From positions 2,624,001 to 2,688,000 of the forward strand of contig OY843592.1 of the NCBI GenBank assembly GCA_963692865.2: a stretch of DNA of 64,000 nucleotides. Reading direction: 5' to 3'. Shown one piece after another: positions 10,561 to 20,196 of this stretch. The stretch comes from a bacterium. Lineage in GTDB: Bacteria; UBA8248. Under the pieces are notes generated by a model, which was not told the DNA's origin, made no database searches, and worked only from the letters and a program-made list of their open reading frames with translations. Position 1 is the stretch's first letter; each line of letters opens with the position of its first letter. Both the position numbers and the translations under genes were made by a program.

Positions 10561-10673
10561 GCAGAGCGCCCCTTTTCAGGCCAGATGAAAAACCCTTATA
10601 AAGTCCCATAACGCATTTCATACATCCACGCGATGCGGCTACCGCGCTCGATGAGACGGAAGGAGGCTACGAC

Positions 10674-11735
10674 ATGGCATCCACGATGAAAGCAATGCGG
10701 CTTCATGAGCTGGGCGGCTCGTTTCAGCTGGAGGAGGTCCCGGTGCCCCAGCCGGGGCCGAACGACGCGCTGGTGCGCCTGAAGGCCACGGGCGTGGGCC
10801 TCACGCTGGTCATCATGCGCAATACGCCGGGCCTGGTGGATGAATACCCGAGAATCCTGGGGCACGAGATCGCGGGCGAGGTCGTCGAAGTAGGCTCCCA
10901 CGTCACGAACGTGGGCGCGGGCGATCACGTTACGTGCCATTTCTACCTCACCTGCCACAACTGCCGCTACTGCCGCAGCGGGCGCGAGACGCTCTGCGAG
11001 AATTTCCGGGGATACGTCGGCCTCGTCATGGACGGCGGCTACGCGGAATACGCCACCATCCCCGCCGTGAACCTGTGCAGGATTCCGGAGGGCGTGAGTT
11101 CGCTCGACGCCTGCGTGGCGGCGGACGCCATCTGCACGCCCTACCACAACTGCGTGGCCGAGGCGCAGATAAAACCCGGCGACGTGGTGGCTATCGTGGG
11201 CGCGGGCGGCGGCGTGGCGATCCACGCGGTGCAGATGGCCCAGGTGTGCGGCGGCCACGTGATCGGGATCGACGTGTCGGAGAAAAAGCTCGAAACCGTC
11301 TCCCGACTCGGCGCCTTCGCCACCCTGAACCCCGCGCAGACCGATACGGTGGAGGAAATCCTCGCGCTCACCGAAGGACGCGGGGTGGACGCCTACATCG
11401 ACTACGTGGCCACGCGCGAGACGCTCGAAGCGGGCGTGGCCAGCCTCGGCCGCGGCGGCAAGCTGGTGATCGTGGGCTACCGCCCGGCGGCGGCCTACAA
11501 CAACGTATCGCCCAACTTCACCGTGGACCCGCTCCAGTTCCTCACGTTCGCGCAGGAGATCCACGGCTCGCGCTATTGCTCGATGGAGGAACTCGGGCAA
11601 TCACTCATGCTGATTCAGCAGGGGAAGATCAAGCCCATCGTCACCGAGACCTTTTCGCTCGAGCAGACGGAAGACGCCTTTCAGGCGCTCATCGAGAACC
11701 GGGTGACCGGAAGGGCGGCGGTGGTGTTCGACTAG
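10674..11735 (+). CDS. Zn-dependent alcohol dehydrogenase family protein
   Basis: GHEIAGEV, CxxCxxCx7C structural Zn site, GAGGGV. Confidence 0.92.
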   Translation: MASTMKAMRLHELGGSFQLEEVPVPQPGPNDALVRLKATGVGLTLVIMRNTPGLVDEYPRILGHEIAGEVVEVGSHVTNVGAGDHVTCHFYLTCHNCRYCRSGRETLCENFRGYVGLVMDGGYAEYATIPAVNLCRIPEGVSSLDACVAADAICTPYHNCVAEAQIKPGDVVAIVGAGGGVAIHAVQMAQVCGGHVIGIDVSEKKLETVSRLGAFATLNPAQTDTVEEILALTEGRGVDAYIDYVATRETLEAGVASLGRGGKLVIVGYRPAAAYNNVSPNFTVDPLQFLTFAQEIHGSRYCSMEELGQSLMLIQQGKIKPIVTETFSLEQTEDAFQALIENRVTGRAAVVFD

Positions 11736-11785
11736 CATTCACACGCGAAGACGCATTCGCATTCATACGATAAGGAGAAATCCAG

Positions 11786-12262
11786 ATGGTGGAAGCCGTG
11801 GACAAGGAAGTGATGGCCAAACAGGAGCGCCGCGTGCGGGCCACGCGCGCGGAAGGCTGCCGGGTGGAGTTAAAAGCGCGCAAGCACGCCTTCGTCGCCG
11901 ATGAGCCGGCGCAGGGCGGCGGGACCGACACCGGCCCCACGCCGCGCGAACTGGCGCTCGGCGCGCTTTCCGCCTGCATCACGGTCATCACGAACAAGGT
12001 GGCCGAGGGTCTCGACTTCAACGTGATCGCCCAGGAGGTCGAGGTTCGCGGCACGGCCGACCCCAGGGGCGCCAGGGACCCGGACAACGGCATCAGCCCG
12101 AACTTCGACTACGTGGAGGCGAAGATCCACCTGACAACGGACGAGCCCGACGAGCGCGTGGAGGAGCTCAAACGCCAGCATCACGGGCGTTGCCCCATCT
12201 CCGCGCTCTACCGCGAGAGTGGCTGCGAACTGGTGGAGGAATGGATCGTCAAGCGGCCCTGA
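11786..12262 (+). CDS. OsmC/Ohr family protein
   Basis: ADEP..GG.DTGPTP.EL.LGAL.AC and C-terminal CPI. Confidence 0.9.
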   Translation: MVEAVDKEVMAKQERRVRATRAEGCRVELKARKHAFVADEPAQGGGTDTGPTPRELALGALSACITVITNKVAEGLDFNVIAQEVEVRGTADPRGARDPDNGISPNFDYVEAKIHLTTDEPDERVEELKRQHHGRCPISALYRESGCELVEEWIVKRP

Positions 12263-12900
12263 GGGGAGTTGTTGAAAAAGTTCTCCAAGGGTAGTGATGT
12301 CTCGAAGAGCGCCGCCCAATGTGGGAAGGTGGTTTTGCTCCTCGTCTTTGATCGTCATTCCGGCGAAAGCCGGAATGACGAGCCAAGCAAGACCAAGATC
12401 GAGGTGGCGCGGCAAGCCGGACGTTATTTCAAACAATATCCTCATACAAATCAAGCCACTCCGGGTTCCCCTCCTCGATCAGTTCGAGCTTCCATGCCCG
12501 CCGCCAGTTTTTGATGCTCTTGTCACGAACAATCGCGCTCTCCATCGTTTCGTGGCTCTCATACCAGACCAAGGCGTGGACGCCGTAACGCTTCGTGAAA
12601 CTATTCGCCGAACCATTCTTATGTTGCCAGACTCTACGGAGGAGGTCGGACGTAACGCCGATATAGAGCGTGCCGCGACGCTCATTGGCGAGAATGTAGA
12701 CACAAGGCTGCTTCATTTTTCCTGTTTTCTCGGTTTTTGACCGTCATTCCGGCGAAAGCCGGAATCCATTCTGACTTTTGCCCCCGCCGCGCGGGTAGCC
12801 CCTCATTCTCTTCCCGCGCAGGCATTTCCGCCGCCGATCCCCATCAGAGGCTCTCGTCTGTGGCCAGGGAAAATGGATTCCGGCTTTCACCGGAATGACG
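12263..12900. repeat. CGTC-type REPs and a left TIR flanking the GIY-YIG gene
   Basis: TIR at 12263-12280; cgtcattccggcgaaagccggaatgacg at 12353-12380; inverted REP doublet at 12742-12768 and 12874-12900. Confidence 0.85.
12429..12716 (-). CDS. Small GIY-YIG endonuclease
   Basis: VYIL...RGTLYIGVTSDL.RR..QH...LVWYE...K.W.RAWK..LIE. Confidence 0.93.
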   Translation of the reverse strand: MKQPCVYILANERRGTLYIGVTSDLLRRVWQHKNGSANSFTKRYGVHALVWYESHETMESAIVRDKSIKNWRRAWKLELIEEGNPEWLDLYEDIV

Positions 12901-12981
12901 AACCTCAAGAACCGGGGCGAGAGGTACGGCAAGCCGAGATCGGGGAGTGGTGCGGTAAGCCGGGCCGCGGTTTTGTCGATC

Positions 12982-13425
12982 TTACTCCACCTTCGCCTTC
13001 ACGTTCTTTGCGAACTCGGCGAAAATCCTGTTCGCCTGGTTCTTGATGACGCTGAAGCCGAGCGAACCGAGTTTTCCGAACACGTCAACGCTCGAATCGA
13101 TGCGCACCCTGGTTTCGTTCTCGGAGAGGGCCTCGAGCGTCACCTCGTTTTTCTGCTTGAGGCTCGCCGCGATCTTCGAGTCCTTCCCCTCCCCCACCGT
13201 GCGGATGTACTCGGGCGCGCGCACTTCCTCGATGTTGACCTGAAGCTGAAAGCTCGCCTTCAGGAAACTGACCTTCTGCTCGACACGCACGCCGTAGGTC
13301 GCGTCGTCTATTTTCTCCACGTCCTTCACGCCGGGCACGCAGGCGGCGAACTCCTCGACCCGCCAGATGAAGTCCCACACCTTCTCCCGGGGGGCGGCGA
13401 CGGTAATCTCTTGGTTGAATTCCAT
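12982..13425 (-). CDS. CoxG/SRPBCC family protein
   Basis: APREKVWDF...CVPG, VFGKLGSLG. Confidence 0.88.
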   Translation of the reverse strand: MEFNQEITVAAPREKVWDFIWRVEEFAACVPGVKDVEKIDDATYGVRVEQKVSFLKASFQLQVNIEEVRAPEYIRTVGEGKDSKIAASLKQKNEVTLEALSENETRVRIDSSVDVFGKLGSLGFSVIKNQANRIFAEFAKNVKAKVE

Positions 13426-13535
13426 GTCGTGTGTCCTTTTTGCTCGGTGTAACGCGAAATGATAATCGAACGAGGGTATGATTCTAGCAATACGAGAACT
13501 TTTACTCCACAGAGCCTTGGCCTTAAGGAACGACG

Positions 13536-14216
13536 ATGGCGGCCGAATCCCTCATCCTCTTCGCCAAACCGCCCCTGCCGGGCCGGGTGAAGACGCGCCT
13601 GGCCCGTAGCTTGGGACAGGAAGGCGCCGCGCGTCTTTATGCGTGTTTCCTGCGAGACGCCGCCGAGACGGCGCGCGCGATCGGCGAAGCAAGGCCCGGC
13701 GTCTCCCTCGTCTGCGAGTGGGCGCTTGAGCGCGGGGAATCGCTCGAAGATTTCCCCCTCACGGACTGGCTGCCCGGCGCCTTTCTCCACCGCGCGCAAA
13801 CGGGCGCGGACATCGGCGCGCGCATGTCGGCGGCTCTGGGGCGATGCCTCGCGGCCGGGGAGCGCGCGGTGCTCATCGGCACGGATTTTCCCGATCTGCC
13901 TCACGAGGTTCTTTTCGATGCGTTCGAAAATCTGACGAGTAAAGATGAACCGAGAATCACGCTAGGCCCCGCGGCGGACGGGGGCTACTACCTGATCGGG
14001 ATGAGCGGGTTCTTCCCCGAAATGTTCACCGGCATACCCTGGAGCACGAGCGAGGTACTCTCCCGTACAATGGAGAGAGCGGGCGCGCTCGGCATCGGGA
14101 TTTCCCTCCTCCCCGAGTGGCGCGACGTGGACGAGGCGGATGATCTGGAAGACCTGAAGCGCCGCCTCTCCCGTGACGACTCGCGCGCCCGGCATACGCG
14201 GGAATGCCTGCGCTGA
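13536..14216 (+). CDS. DUF2064/TIGR04282-type CofC-like transferase
   Basis: FAKPPLPGRVKTRL, GADIGARM, IGTDFPDL, LGPAADGGYYLIG, WST, DVD. Confidence 0.9.
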   Translation: MAAESLILFAKPPLPGRVKTRLARSLGQEGAARLYACFLRDAAETARAIGEARPGVSLVCEWALERGESLEDFPLTDWLPGAFLHRAQTGADIGARMSAALGRCLAAGERAVLIGTDFPDLPHEVLFDAFENLTSKDEPRITLGPAADGGYYLIGMSGFFPEMFTGIPWSTSEVLSRTMERAGALGIGISLLPEWRDVDEADDLEDLKRRLSRDDSRARHTRECLR

Positions 14217-14296
14217 TTCGCATCCAACGTTTGCGCCGCGCGGCTCAAGATGAAAGGATTGCGCGTCTGGTTCCGCCGAACGATGAGGGCAGCGCA

Positions 14297-14929
14297 TTGC
14301 CGAACCAATCCGTCGTAGAAGCCACTTACACCTATTGCGTCCACTGAGCCTGGTGCCTGATCGCGACCGGGCGGTTGCGAAATCTGACCGAGCGGGCGGG
14401 CGGGCGCCTCGCCGTCCGCTACCGCGCCTTTCTCCTCTCGCCCGAGCCGGATACCCGCCCGGCGCGCAAGGAGGCCATCATGGGCCACTGGACGATGGCG
14501 AAGAGCCACCCCGGCGGCGAGGGGATCAACCACGAACTCATGGCGCGCCGCGAATTCCCCTACCCCCATTCCACCCCCGGCGCTATCGCGATAAAAGCCT
14601 TCGCCGCCCAACTCCCCGAGCGCGAGGGAGAGTACCTCGAAGCCGTGGAGCGGACGCACCTGGTCGAGTGCAGGAACATCGACGACGCCGACGTGCTCGT
14701 TGCCGCCGCCGAGCGGCTGGGGGCGGAGCCCGCGATGATGCGCGAGGTCATGGCCGACCCGGATATGGAAAAGCGCGTCCGGGCGGATCACATCGAGGCC
14801 GTGAACGCAGGCGTACAGTCCACGCCCACGGTCGATTTTTCCGGCAGATACAGAATCACGGGCGCGCAGCCTATGGAGGTTTTCGTCAAAACCTTCGAGC
14901 GCGCCATGGCCGAGACTGCGGACGCCTAG
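14297..14929 (+). CDS. DsbA/FrnE-like thioredoxin-fold selenoprotein (Sec encoded by TGA 14345-14347)
   Basis: TTG start; YTYCVH-U-AWC occupies the CxxC position in frame with track ORF 14375..14929; GVQSTPT cis-Pro loop; ITGAQP; SECIS-like hairpin downstream. Confidence 0.85.
14361..14380 (+). promoter_or_regulatory. Putative bacterial SECIS hairpin
   Basis: TCGCGACC-GGGC-GGTTGCGA; G-initiated loop begins 21 nt after the UGA. Confidence 0.7.
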
Positions 14930-14936
14930 CCCCACC

Positions 14937-15833
14937 ATGCGCGAACGCCGGCGTCTCCGGGCAATCATACCCTTGTCGGCGGTGCTGTTGCTGACGGCGG
15001 GGTGCGAGAACGTCCGCGCCCTCTTCACCCCCTGGGAGAAAAAGGAGCCCGGGGCCCAATCCAACCCCCCTCAGAAGGAAAAAACGGAGGAGCCGCATTT
15101 TTTCCGCGTTTTGACGCTTCCCGACTACGGCACGGCGAAGGAGGCGTATGACAAGACGGCCATTCTCGGGATTCCCTTCCACAAGGTGGCCCGGGAGTTC
15201 AAGGAAAAAGCGGTCGCAATCCGCAATGCGCAGCCTTCCGAGTTGAGCGTCGGCGCGCGGGCCGAGGCGCGGGACTTGAAGCTCGGGGCGACGTCGGGAA
15301 TCATCGAATCGGACGAGGGGTTTTCGATTCTCCAGAAAACGACGAGCGCGCTTTATGAACGCGCCCTGAGGCTCATGGAGAAGAAAAGAGACGAGGCCGC
15401 GCTCGAGCTCATCCGCCGCGATCTGGAAATCAACCCCGGAAAGGTGGAGGCCTGGCTCGCCCTGGCGAAGATGATGGACGAGGCGGGCGACCCGGATGAG
15501 ACGCTCGCCGCTTACGAGAAGGCCCGCGAACTCGCCCCCGAGGACCCCGTCGTCTCCAACAGGTACGCCAAATACCTGGTCTCCCGGCGCCGCTACGAAG
15601 AGGCGGAAAAGGCGCTCCGGGCGGCGGAGAGATTATCGCCCGAAGACACAGGGGTTCTCCTGAACCTCGCCTCCCTGCTCGTCTACCTGAACAAGGAGCC
15701 GGATTTCGCATCGCGCCTCATCGAGCGCGGCTCACGGGGCGACCCCGGCCGCGAGGCGTGGTACCGCCTCTCGGGCGTGATCCGGAAAAGGCGGGAACTC
15801 GGCATCGCGCCGAAAGCGAAGGGGGTGAATTGA
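14937..15833 (+). CDS. Lipoprotein with a PpiC/rotamase-like segment and TPR repeats
   Basis: Lipobox LLTAGC; LKLG..SGIIESDEGFSILQK; TPR motifs (AYEKARELAPED). Confidence 0.75.
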   Translation: MRERRRLRAIIPLSAVLLLTAGCENVRALFTPWEKKEPGAQSNPPQKEKTEEPHFFRVLTLPDYGTAKEAYDKTAILGIPFHKVAREFKEKAVAIRNAQPSELSVGARAEARDLKLGATSGIIESDEGFSILQKTTSALYERALRLMEKKRDEAALELIRRDLEINPGKVEAWLALAKMMDEAGDPDETLAAYEKARELAPEDPVVSNRYAKYLVSRRRYEEAEKALRAAERLSPEDTGVLLNLASLLVYLNKEPDFASRLIERGSRGDPGREAWYRLSGVIRKRRELGIAPKAKGVN

Positions 15834-15911
15834 GGGATCAAGCGCGCCCGAGAAGGGAGCGATTGCGCTTTTTGCGTAAGGACACAACCTGTTCTTACAA
15901 AAGGCGGTACG

Positions 15912-16218
15912 GTTTTGTTCGTCATTCCGGCGAAAGCCGGAATCCATTTGCGGATGCGGGTGAATGAACGGCGGCGTATCATTCCCCGCCGATGCGCAGG
16001 AACCCTGATGAAAGGCAAAAGGCATAAAAATGGATTCCGTCGAACCCTCCCGCCTTGGTCGGCTCCGACACAGGAATGACGGTGGTTTATCCGGAGCGGT
16101 TTAAGAAATTTCCAGGAACAAAAGATAGGCGACGAATACCGGGCGGACACGCCGCTCCGCCCCTACGGAACCCTGTTAATTGAATTGAAGACGTAGGGAC
16201 AGGCCCCTGTGCCTGTCC
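15912..16218. repeat. CGTC REP doublet with conserved spacer, plus GTAG REPs
   Basis: 15915-16038 is nearly identical to 18312-18436; GTAG units at 16141-16166 and 16193-16218. Confidence 0.85.
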
Positions 16219-16344
16219 GAAGTCGCAACCTGCGGGGCAGTCCCGGGGAGGAGCCGCAACTCCAAATGTTTGACATCAGATCCCAAAAAGGAATAATACG
16301 GAAATACCTGCCCCCGCCGTCCGGCGGGATTTAAGGGGAAAGCG

Positions 16345-16590
16345 ATGGCGCAGGGCATTATCGAGATCTTTGCGGAGTGGGATTCCGAGTCGCGCGTCTG
16401 GGTGGCGGAAAGCGAGGACGTGCCGGGGCTCGTAGCGGAAGCGCCCACGCCGGAGGAGTTGAATGAGAAGCTCCGCCTCCTCATTCCAGAACTGCTGGAG
16501 TTGAACGGCCATCTTCTGGACGGCGCCGCCCGGCCAAGACAGGCGAAAATGCGCTTCGGCGCGTTCGTGCAAGAAGTCCAGTTCGCCTGA
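16345..16590 (+). CDS. DUF1902 / HicB-like antitoxin
   Basis: AEWDSESRVWVAESEDVPGLVAEAPT.EEL..KL..LIPELLELNG. Confidence 0.88.
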   Translation: MAQGIIEIFAEWDSESRVWVAESEDVPGLVAEAPTPEELNEKLRLLIPELLELNGHLLDGAARPRQAKMRFGAFVQEVQFA

Positions 16591-16593
16591 TCG

Positions 16594-16787
16594 GTGGGAA
16601 ATTACACGAGGAACTCAAGAAACTCCTGCGCGAGAACGGATGCTCCTTCGAGCGGCAGGGCTAGGGCGAGCATGAAATCTGCTACGGCCCGATAACATCA
16701 AAACGATTCCCTGTCGACAACGACATCAAGTCTCGCCACACGGCCAATGCGGTACTCAAACAAGCGGGTCTCGATAAAGCATTTTGA
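16594..16787 (+). pseudogene. HicA-like toxin pseudogene
   Basis: ELKKLLRENGCSFERQG*GEHEI...IKSRHTANAVLKQAGLDKAF; in-frame TAG at 16672-16674; the GTG start is out of frame (frameshift). Confidence 0.82.
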
Positions 16788-17108
16788 ATGAACCTTGCGG
16801 TATGGCTTCACCGCCTCTCGGGCGTGATCCGGAAAAGGCGGGAACTCGGCATCGCGCCGAAAGCGAAGGGTGTGAATTAGGGGGTTTAGAGGCGACCTTG
16901 CGCCTATAAATACGAGGCATAAAAAATCACTCCTCCCTTGGGGGCTGTTGAAAAGCCCTTGGCTCTGCGATTGGGCGTGTGGATATTGTCCGACCGGGAT
17001 GGGGAGAACCCGGGATGTCGGGACGCAGGAACTGCCCCTAACCGGAGAAACTCCCGCTTGGGTCCATGGCGGATGATCGACGCCTTGTCGAACCCTGTCG
17101 CGAAGCCT

Positions 17109-17765
17109 TTATTTGGCTTTTCCCGATTTATAGCTTATCAACTCTCCCGAGAAATCTCTCATTCTGGTCTTGTGCTCCCACTGATAAAACACGCTCGTCT
17201 TGAGAACGGGAGAAATGAACATATCCCTTTTGACGTACTCAGTCTCGCAGAAAATATGATAGGTATCGAAACTGCCCGCTGGCACGCTGACTCGAACCTG
17301 CTCCTTGACTTCACAATCCATTTTATTGCTCCAACTTCTGCCCGCGTTTCTGCCCGCGTCATTTGACCCCTTTGTTTCGTAGCGCCACTTCTTGCCGACT
17401 TTCAGGGGCCAGATTTCACCCTAGATCACTTTGATGGAGCCGGTTCCGCTGCTTCGCCTGCAATTCGTCCACTTCAGGGCTCGCACTGGAGCTCCTATGA
17501 AATCTGCATGGCTATCTATGGTGAAAATACAGCCTAGATTTGACTTGAAAGTAACCGTGGTTTCATCGGACGCCACGAGCGTCTGGGAGTAGTCGACTCG
17601 CCCTGTGCTCCAAGTTAATACGGTCCCGAGGGGCAATGTGGGCTTCGGCATCGGAGCGAGCGCGGCCGATACGGGCTTGATGTCGGCTCCCGACGCCGAT
17701 GGAGTATGGCCAAAGGCTCCGGTTGCGAATACGATCACGAGGCCTGCGACGATGATGCGTTTCAT
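17109..17765 (-). pseudogene. Secreted protein interrupted by an in-frame TAG (17421-17423)
   Basis: Signal peptide ORF 17421..17765 continues in frame through *GEIWPLKVGKKW... into ORF 17109..17321 (VSVPAGSFDTY). Confidence 0.75.
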
Positions 17766-18138
17766 GGAGCGACTCCTTTCTCGGTTAAAAATCCCGGACC
17801 GGGCAAGGCGACATCCCGGGTTCGAATTGACTGGTCATCCCTCGGCGTGATGGCCGCCCGCATTGCGGCGTCTCTCATGGACGAAACTCCTCCCCTTTTG
17901 CGGAGCATGTCGGCCGTATGAGTATCTCGGTCTCTCCCGCTTGTCGTCGACCTCCTGGCGCTCTGCGGGCAGCCCGAAACGGTTCGGCTTCTGTGGCTTT
18001 TGCGATGAATATGATGAGCGGGCATGGCTCCCGGCTTGTCAAACACGAGTGGATGGGCGGGGAGGCCGTCGTTTGAAGACGGCGGGCGAGGAATCGCCCC
18101 CTCGTGTCTTTCTTGCTCTCGGCAAACTTTCCCTCATC

Positions 18139-18498
18139 GGGGCTGTTGAAAAAGTCGGAGAGAGACAATTTGTTTGCAGGGGCCGCATGATATGTCAGCC
18201 ATATATGTCTAACCTACAATGCTATCGCGTTTTGCGTAGCAGGACAGGCACGGAGGCCTGTCCCTACGGTAGGCGGTGTTCTCTTCTCGGTACCCACGGC
18301 GAATTTGGTTTTCGTTCGTCATTCCGGCGAAAGCCGGAATCCATTTGCGGGTGCGGGTGAATGAACGGCGGCGTTTCATTCCCCGCCGATGCGCAAGAAC
18401 CCTGACGAAAGGCAAAAGGCGTAAAAATGGATTCCGGCTTTCGCCGGAATGACGGCGGTGGTTAATTCCGAACGAGGAGGGGCTTTTTCAACAACCCC
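18139..18498. mobile_element. TIR-bounded REP cassette (no clear TSD)
   Basis: GGGGCTGTTGAAAAAG ... CTTTTTCAACAACCCC enclosing a GTAG REP and a CGTC doublet (18317-18343, 18428-18454). Confidence 0.65.
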
Positions 18499-18597
18499 TT
18501 GAGGGTCGGACTTCCCGAGGGGAATGGCCGACGGCAAGGCAAGGACGAAATCCGTTGCCGCGCCGCTAGGGAGAGCTTTTGATTTTCTTAGAATCGT

Positions 18598-18708
18598 CCC
18601 CCCACCGATTCGCTTGCGGGCTTGCGCCCTTAGCTCATCGACTCCCCCTCAAGGGGGGAGTGATTCTTCCTATCTCCTTGGCTGCCAATCCCCCTCAAGG
18701 GGGGAGTA
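18598..18708. repeat. ACTCCCCCTCAAGGGGGGAGT-family repeats
   Basis: Similar to 5784-5849. Confidence 0.75.
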
Positions 18709-18828
18709 ATTTGCAAGCAGTCATCCCCTCCCCCCTTGGCCCCCCGCGCTCTTATGCGTCATAATGCCGCCATTCTCGAAGCACGCGAAGTTTCAAGCTG
18801 AACCGCTAAATCATGAGAGGGCAACCGC

Positions 18829-20181
18829 ATGAGCGCCGAGCTTTTGATCAAGAACGCGAAAATCGTGACGCCCACGGACACCTACGAGGGCTGCGTCTAT
18901 GTGGAGGGGGGGCGGATCGCCGCTATCACGCAAAAAGCCGAGGCGAATGCGGCGCGGGAGATTGATGCGGAAGGCCGCTTTCTGCTGCCGGGCATGGTGG
19001 ATGAGCACGTGCACATGATGGACCCGGGCTTCACCGACCGCGAAGACTGGACGACGGGAACCGAGGCGGCGGCCAGGGGCGGCATCACCACCGTGATCGA
19101 CCACCACCGGAGCGACCCGCTCGTCTACACGCGGGAGATTCTGGAGGATAAAACCGCCTACATCGACTCGCGCTCGGTGGTGGATTTCGGGCAGTTGGGG
19201 GGCCTGGACGTGGACAACCTGGAACACCTGCGCCCCATGTGGGAAGGCGGCGCGCTGGGCTTCAAGGGCTTCATGTGCGATCTGCACGGCGTGCCGGATC
19301 TCTCAGAAGGCGTGCTCTTGAACATCATGCGCGAGGTCAAATCCTTCGGCGGCACGGTGATGCTGCACTGCGAGAGCGACTCCATCCTCAATAAAGCAAA
19401 AGAAAAAATCGACGCCGATAACCGGACGGACTACATGTGTATCACCGACTGGCGAACCCCCGAGAGCGAATACGTGGCGACGCTGGACGCCGTGGCGCTC
19501 GCTGAACTCACCGGCTGCACCGTGCTCGTGGCGCACGTGAGCCAGCCCGTTCTGCTCGAGGCCATCCAGGCGGCGCGCGGGCGGGGCGCGCGGATATACG
19601 CCGAAAGCTGCCCCCAGTATTTCTATCTCGACCACTCGCATCTGGAAGAACTCGGGCCGTTCGTCAAGTTCACGCCGGTCATCCGCTCGGCGGAGACGCG
19701 CGAGGGCATGCGCGCGGCGCTCGGGCGCGGCATGGTGGATACCATCGGCACCGACCACTGCCCCTTCCCCCGCCAGCGGAAGGTGGACGGCCTCGAGAAC
19801 ATCCACGAGGCGCCCTTCGGGATACCGGGGGTCGAAACCACGGTGCGCCTGATGCTGAACGCCGTGAGCGAGGGCGTCCTGACCTTGAACCAGATGGTGC
19901 GCGTCTGCTGTGAGCAGCCCGCGCGCGTCTTCAACATCCATCCCCGCAAGGGCTGCATCCAGGTGGGCGCGGATGCGGACTTCATCCTCGTGGACATGGA
20001 GCAGGAAGAGACGCTGCGCGATACGGACATCGTCTCCAAGTGCAAGTGGACGCCGTTCGACGGCTGGAAGGTGCGCGGCGCGCCCGTGATGACGCTCGTG
20101 CGCGGCGAGGTCGTCATGGAAGACGGCGAGGTGACCGGAAGAGCGGGCTACGGCGAGACCGTCGAGCGGGCGGGGGGGTGA
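18829..20181 (+). CDS. Allantoinase/dihydroorotase-family cyclic amidohydrolase
   Basis: PGMVDEHVH, AAARGGITT, GFKGF (carbamylated Lys), HCE, GTDHCP. Confidence 0.9.
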   Translation: MSAELLIKNAKIVTPTDTYEGCVYVEGGRIAAITQKAEANAAREIDAEGRFLLPGMVDEHVHMMDPGFTDREDWTTGTEAAARGGITTVIDHHRSDPLVYTREILEDKTAYIDSRSVVDFGQLGGLDVDNLEHLRPMWEGGALGFKGFMCDLHGVPDLSEGVLLNIMREVKSFGGTVMLHCESDSILNKAKEKIDADNRTDYMCITDWRTPESEYVATLDAVALAELTGCTVLVAHVSQPVLLEAIQAARGRGARIYAESCPQYFYLDHSHLEELGPFVKFTPVIRSAETREGMRAALGRGMVDTIGTDHCPFPRQRKVDGLENIHEAPFGIPGVETTVRLMLNAVSEGVLTLNQMVRVCCEQPARVFNIHPRKGCIQVGADADFILVDMEQEETLRDTDIVSKCKWTPFDGWKVRGAPVMTLVRGEVVMEDGEVTGRAGYGETVERAGG

Positions 20182-20196
20182 GGGGCGAACGCGACC

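Larger units (their letters stand above)
15763..16878. repeat. 69-bp direct repeat of the TPR gene 3' end (15763-15831 and 16810-16878) bracketing REPs and a TA pair
   Basis: accgcctctcgggcgtgatcc...gcgaaggg(g/t)gtgaatt with one mismatch. Confidence 0.9.

Noticed and set aside
11786-12262. OsmC as a third selenoprotein
   Set aside because: Both catalytic positions are ordinary Cys codons and the terminal TGA is at the expected end
15683-16150. Short ORFs containing WIPAFAGMT / RHSGESRNP / LSSGEAAYRR (also near 409, 3256, 12269, 18209, 20254, 52810)
   Set aside because: These are translations of REP palindromes, not genes
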